Notes under the pieces: model-generated
Databases searched by the model: none
Told to the model about the DNA's origin: nothing
Seen by the model: only the letters and a program-made list of their open reading frames with translations
Origin: Basidiobolus meristosporus CBS 931.73
Taxonomy: Eukaryota > Fungi > Basidiobolomycota
NCBI GenBank assembly: GCA_002104905.1
Contig: MCFE01000291.1
Coordinates: 1 to 64,000, forward strand
Reading direction: 5' to 3'
Length of the DNA: 64,000 nt
In this document: positions 62,870-64,000 of the stretch, piece by piece
Layout of the letters: the number at the start of each line of letters is the position of its first letter
Numbering within the stretch: position 1 is the first letter of the stretch
Translations under genes and position numbers: made by a program

Positions 62870-63577
62870 GTGGGCTTTCACGGGATATCTACTTGGTTCC
62901 GTGGGAAATGCCTAAAACCAGTCTTTTTGATTTTCTTCTACACATATGTATGCTATTGCTTAAAGCGTTACTTTGCATCGCTTCTCATCCGCCGTAGTAT
63001 AAACACGCAACCCATATTCAGAATAATTCTTAAAATAACAGTCGCATTCATTTGCCCTAATCCGATCTGTCCTTCAAGAGATCCAACAGTGGGAGGTGCT
63101 AACCTGAAAATCTGGACTGCATCATGTCACAACTATTTCACCAGCGATCATAAACAAGAACATCCTCTAAATGTACATTGATTCCATGAGTTGAATTCGA
63201 GTAGGCCAAGCGAATGATGCCTCCGAGTGAACATCAAGAAAATAAACGAAGTCCGCTCTTTGGCGATCCACAATTGTAGCAAACCTCTCGGAGCCGCCAC
63301 TGGACAAACAAGAGATATTGCCAAGCCAAGTGTGATGGTTAGTTTATTGATTCCTTGGTAAACTGGTTGACACATTTGTCCATATGGGCTCAACTGAGAG
63401 GGCCAGGGTCGACATAAAATATTCAGTTAAAGATATTTAGTGTGGATTAAGGTTTGTTGTGTATCAAATGTGATCAAGTGCCGAAAACAGGGGTTATGAC
63501 TAATTATAAATAGCGATATATTAAATATACACGTATTAAGTATCAGGGGTTATTCACAAGAAGTCTTGGTGCCAAGC

Positions 63578-64000
63578 TTAAGGAGTTTCGTACTCTTCCC
63601 GGATCCTTTCAATTCGCTTATTCATATCGTCTCGTTGCTGACTCAAGGCTCTGTACGCTTCGTGATCAAAGCCGTGTTTTGAATACAGCTTCAGTTGACG
63701 TCGGTTGACCGCATACTTCGTCAGAGACTCATAGGTATAATCTCTCTTGGTGATTAGGAAATAAAGATATCCAAATATTCCCACTCCAACTCCTGTGAAA
63801 TACGTAAACGGCTCCATGACTTGTGTAAAAGTGTGTGAGCACTTGAGCACATTGAATATCAAACTTCAACCAAGCTTACCATCCCAGCCGTAGTCCCACC
63901 ATGTAAGCTTCGCCATGACACCGAAGTAAGTGCACAAACCTGCCATGCCGCCGGCAACAAGTTTCTTGTGAGAGTTGGAGGCGTACGAGTCACATCTCTC
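63578..64000 (-). CDS. MCU: Mitochondrial calcium uniporter MCU, C-terminal part (5' end outside the window); intron 63879-63820
   Basis: TM1 LVAGGMAGLCTYFGVMAKLTW, pore loop WDYGWD|VMEPFTYF (the W-D-x-x-E-P selectivity motif), TM2, then RDYTY..RQLKLY coiled coil. Confidence 0.93.

Noticed and set aside
1-64000. tRNA, rRNA, CRISPR arrays or prokaryotic operons
   Set aside because: No cloverleaf or rRNA signature was seen, and the repeats present are LTR derivatives. The tRNA-like 12-mer at 41863 is a PBS. A tRNAscan/Infernal run would be needed to exclude small RNAs.

Overview
This is a eukaryotic genomic window with short (about 50-100 nt) spliceosomal introns. The gene set points to an early-diverging fungus (inference): a chitin-synthase activator and an Ndt80 factor occur alongside genes yeasts lack (MCU, GLUT-type transporter, coactosin-like and Med28-like proteins). 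About 20 host genes are supported: Mo25/Hym1 (partial), Chs4/Skt5, 2-Cys peroxiredoxin, Ndt80-like, Sen54, eS30, sugar porter, eIF4E, ADF-H protein, Cdc25-type phosphatase, acetyl-CoA hydrolase/transferase, Med28-like, LIS1/NudF, AMSH, SAPS, LysM protein, DNAJC3, F-box/LRR and MCU (partial). Transposon islands lie between them. The most striking structure is a Ty1/copia family with one full-length, single-ORF element (37538-42224). It has a half-tRNA-iMet primer site and a Ty5-like LISSPP motif in the integrase tail. It sits inside a solo LTR of its own family, which sits inside an older LTR of the same family; the inner two layers are marked by 5-bp target-site duplications. A second solo LTR (20238-20586) repeats the LTR-in-LTR pattern. 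Old LTR islands are almost free of CpG, whereas a decayed LINE-like relic (about 9-13 kb) is not. All calls come from reading motifs by eye; no database searches were run and exon boundaries are inferred.
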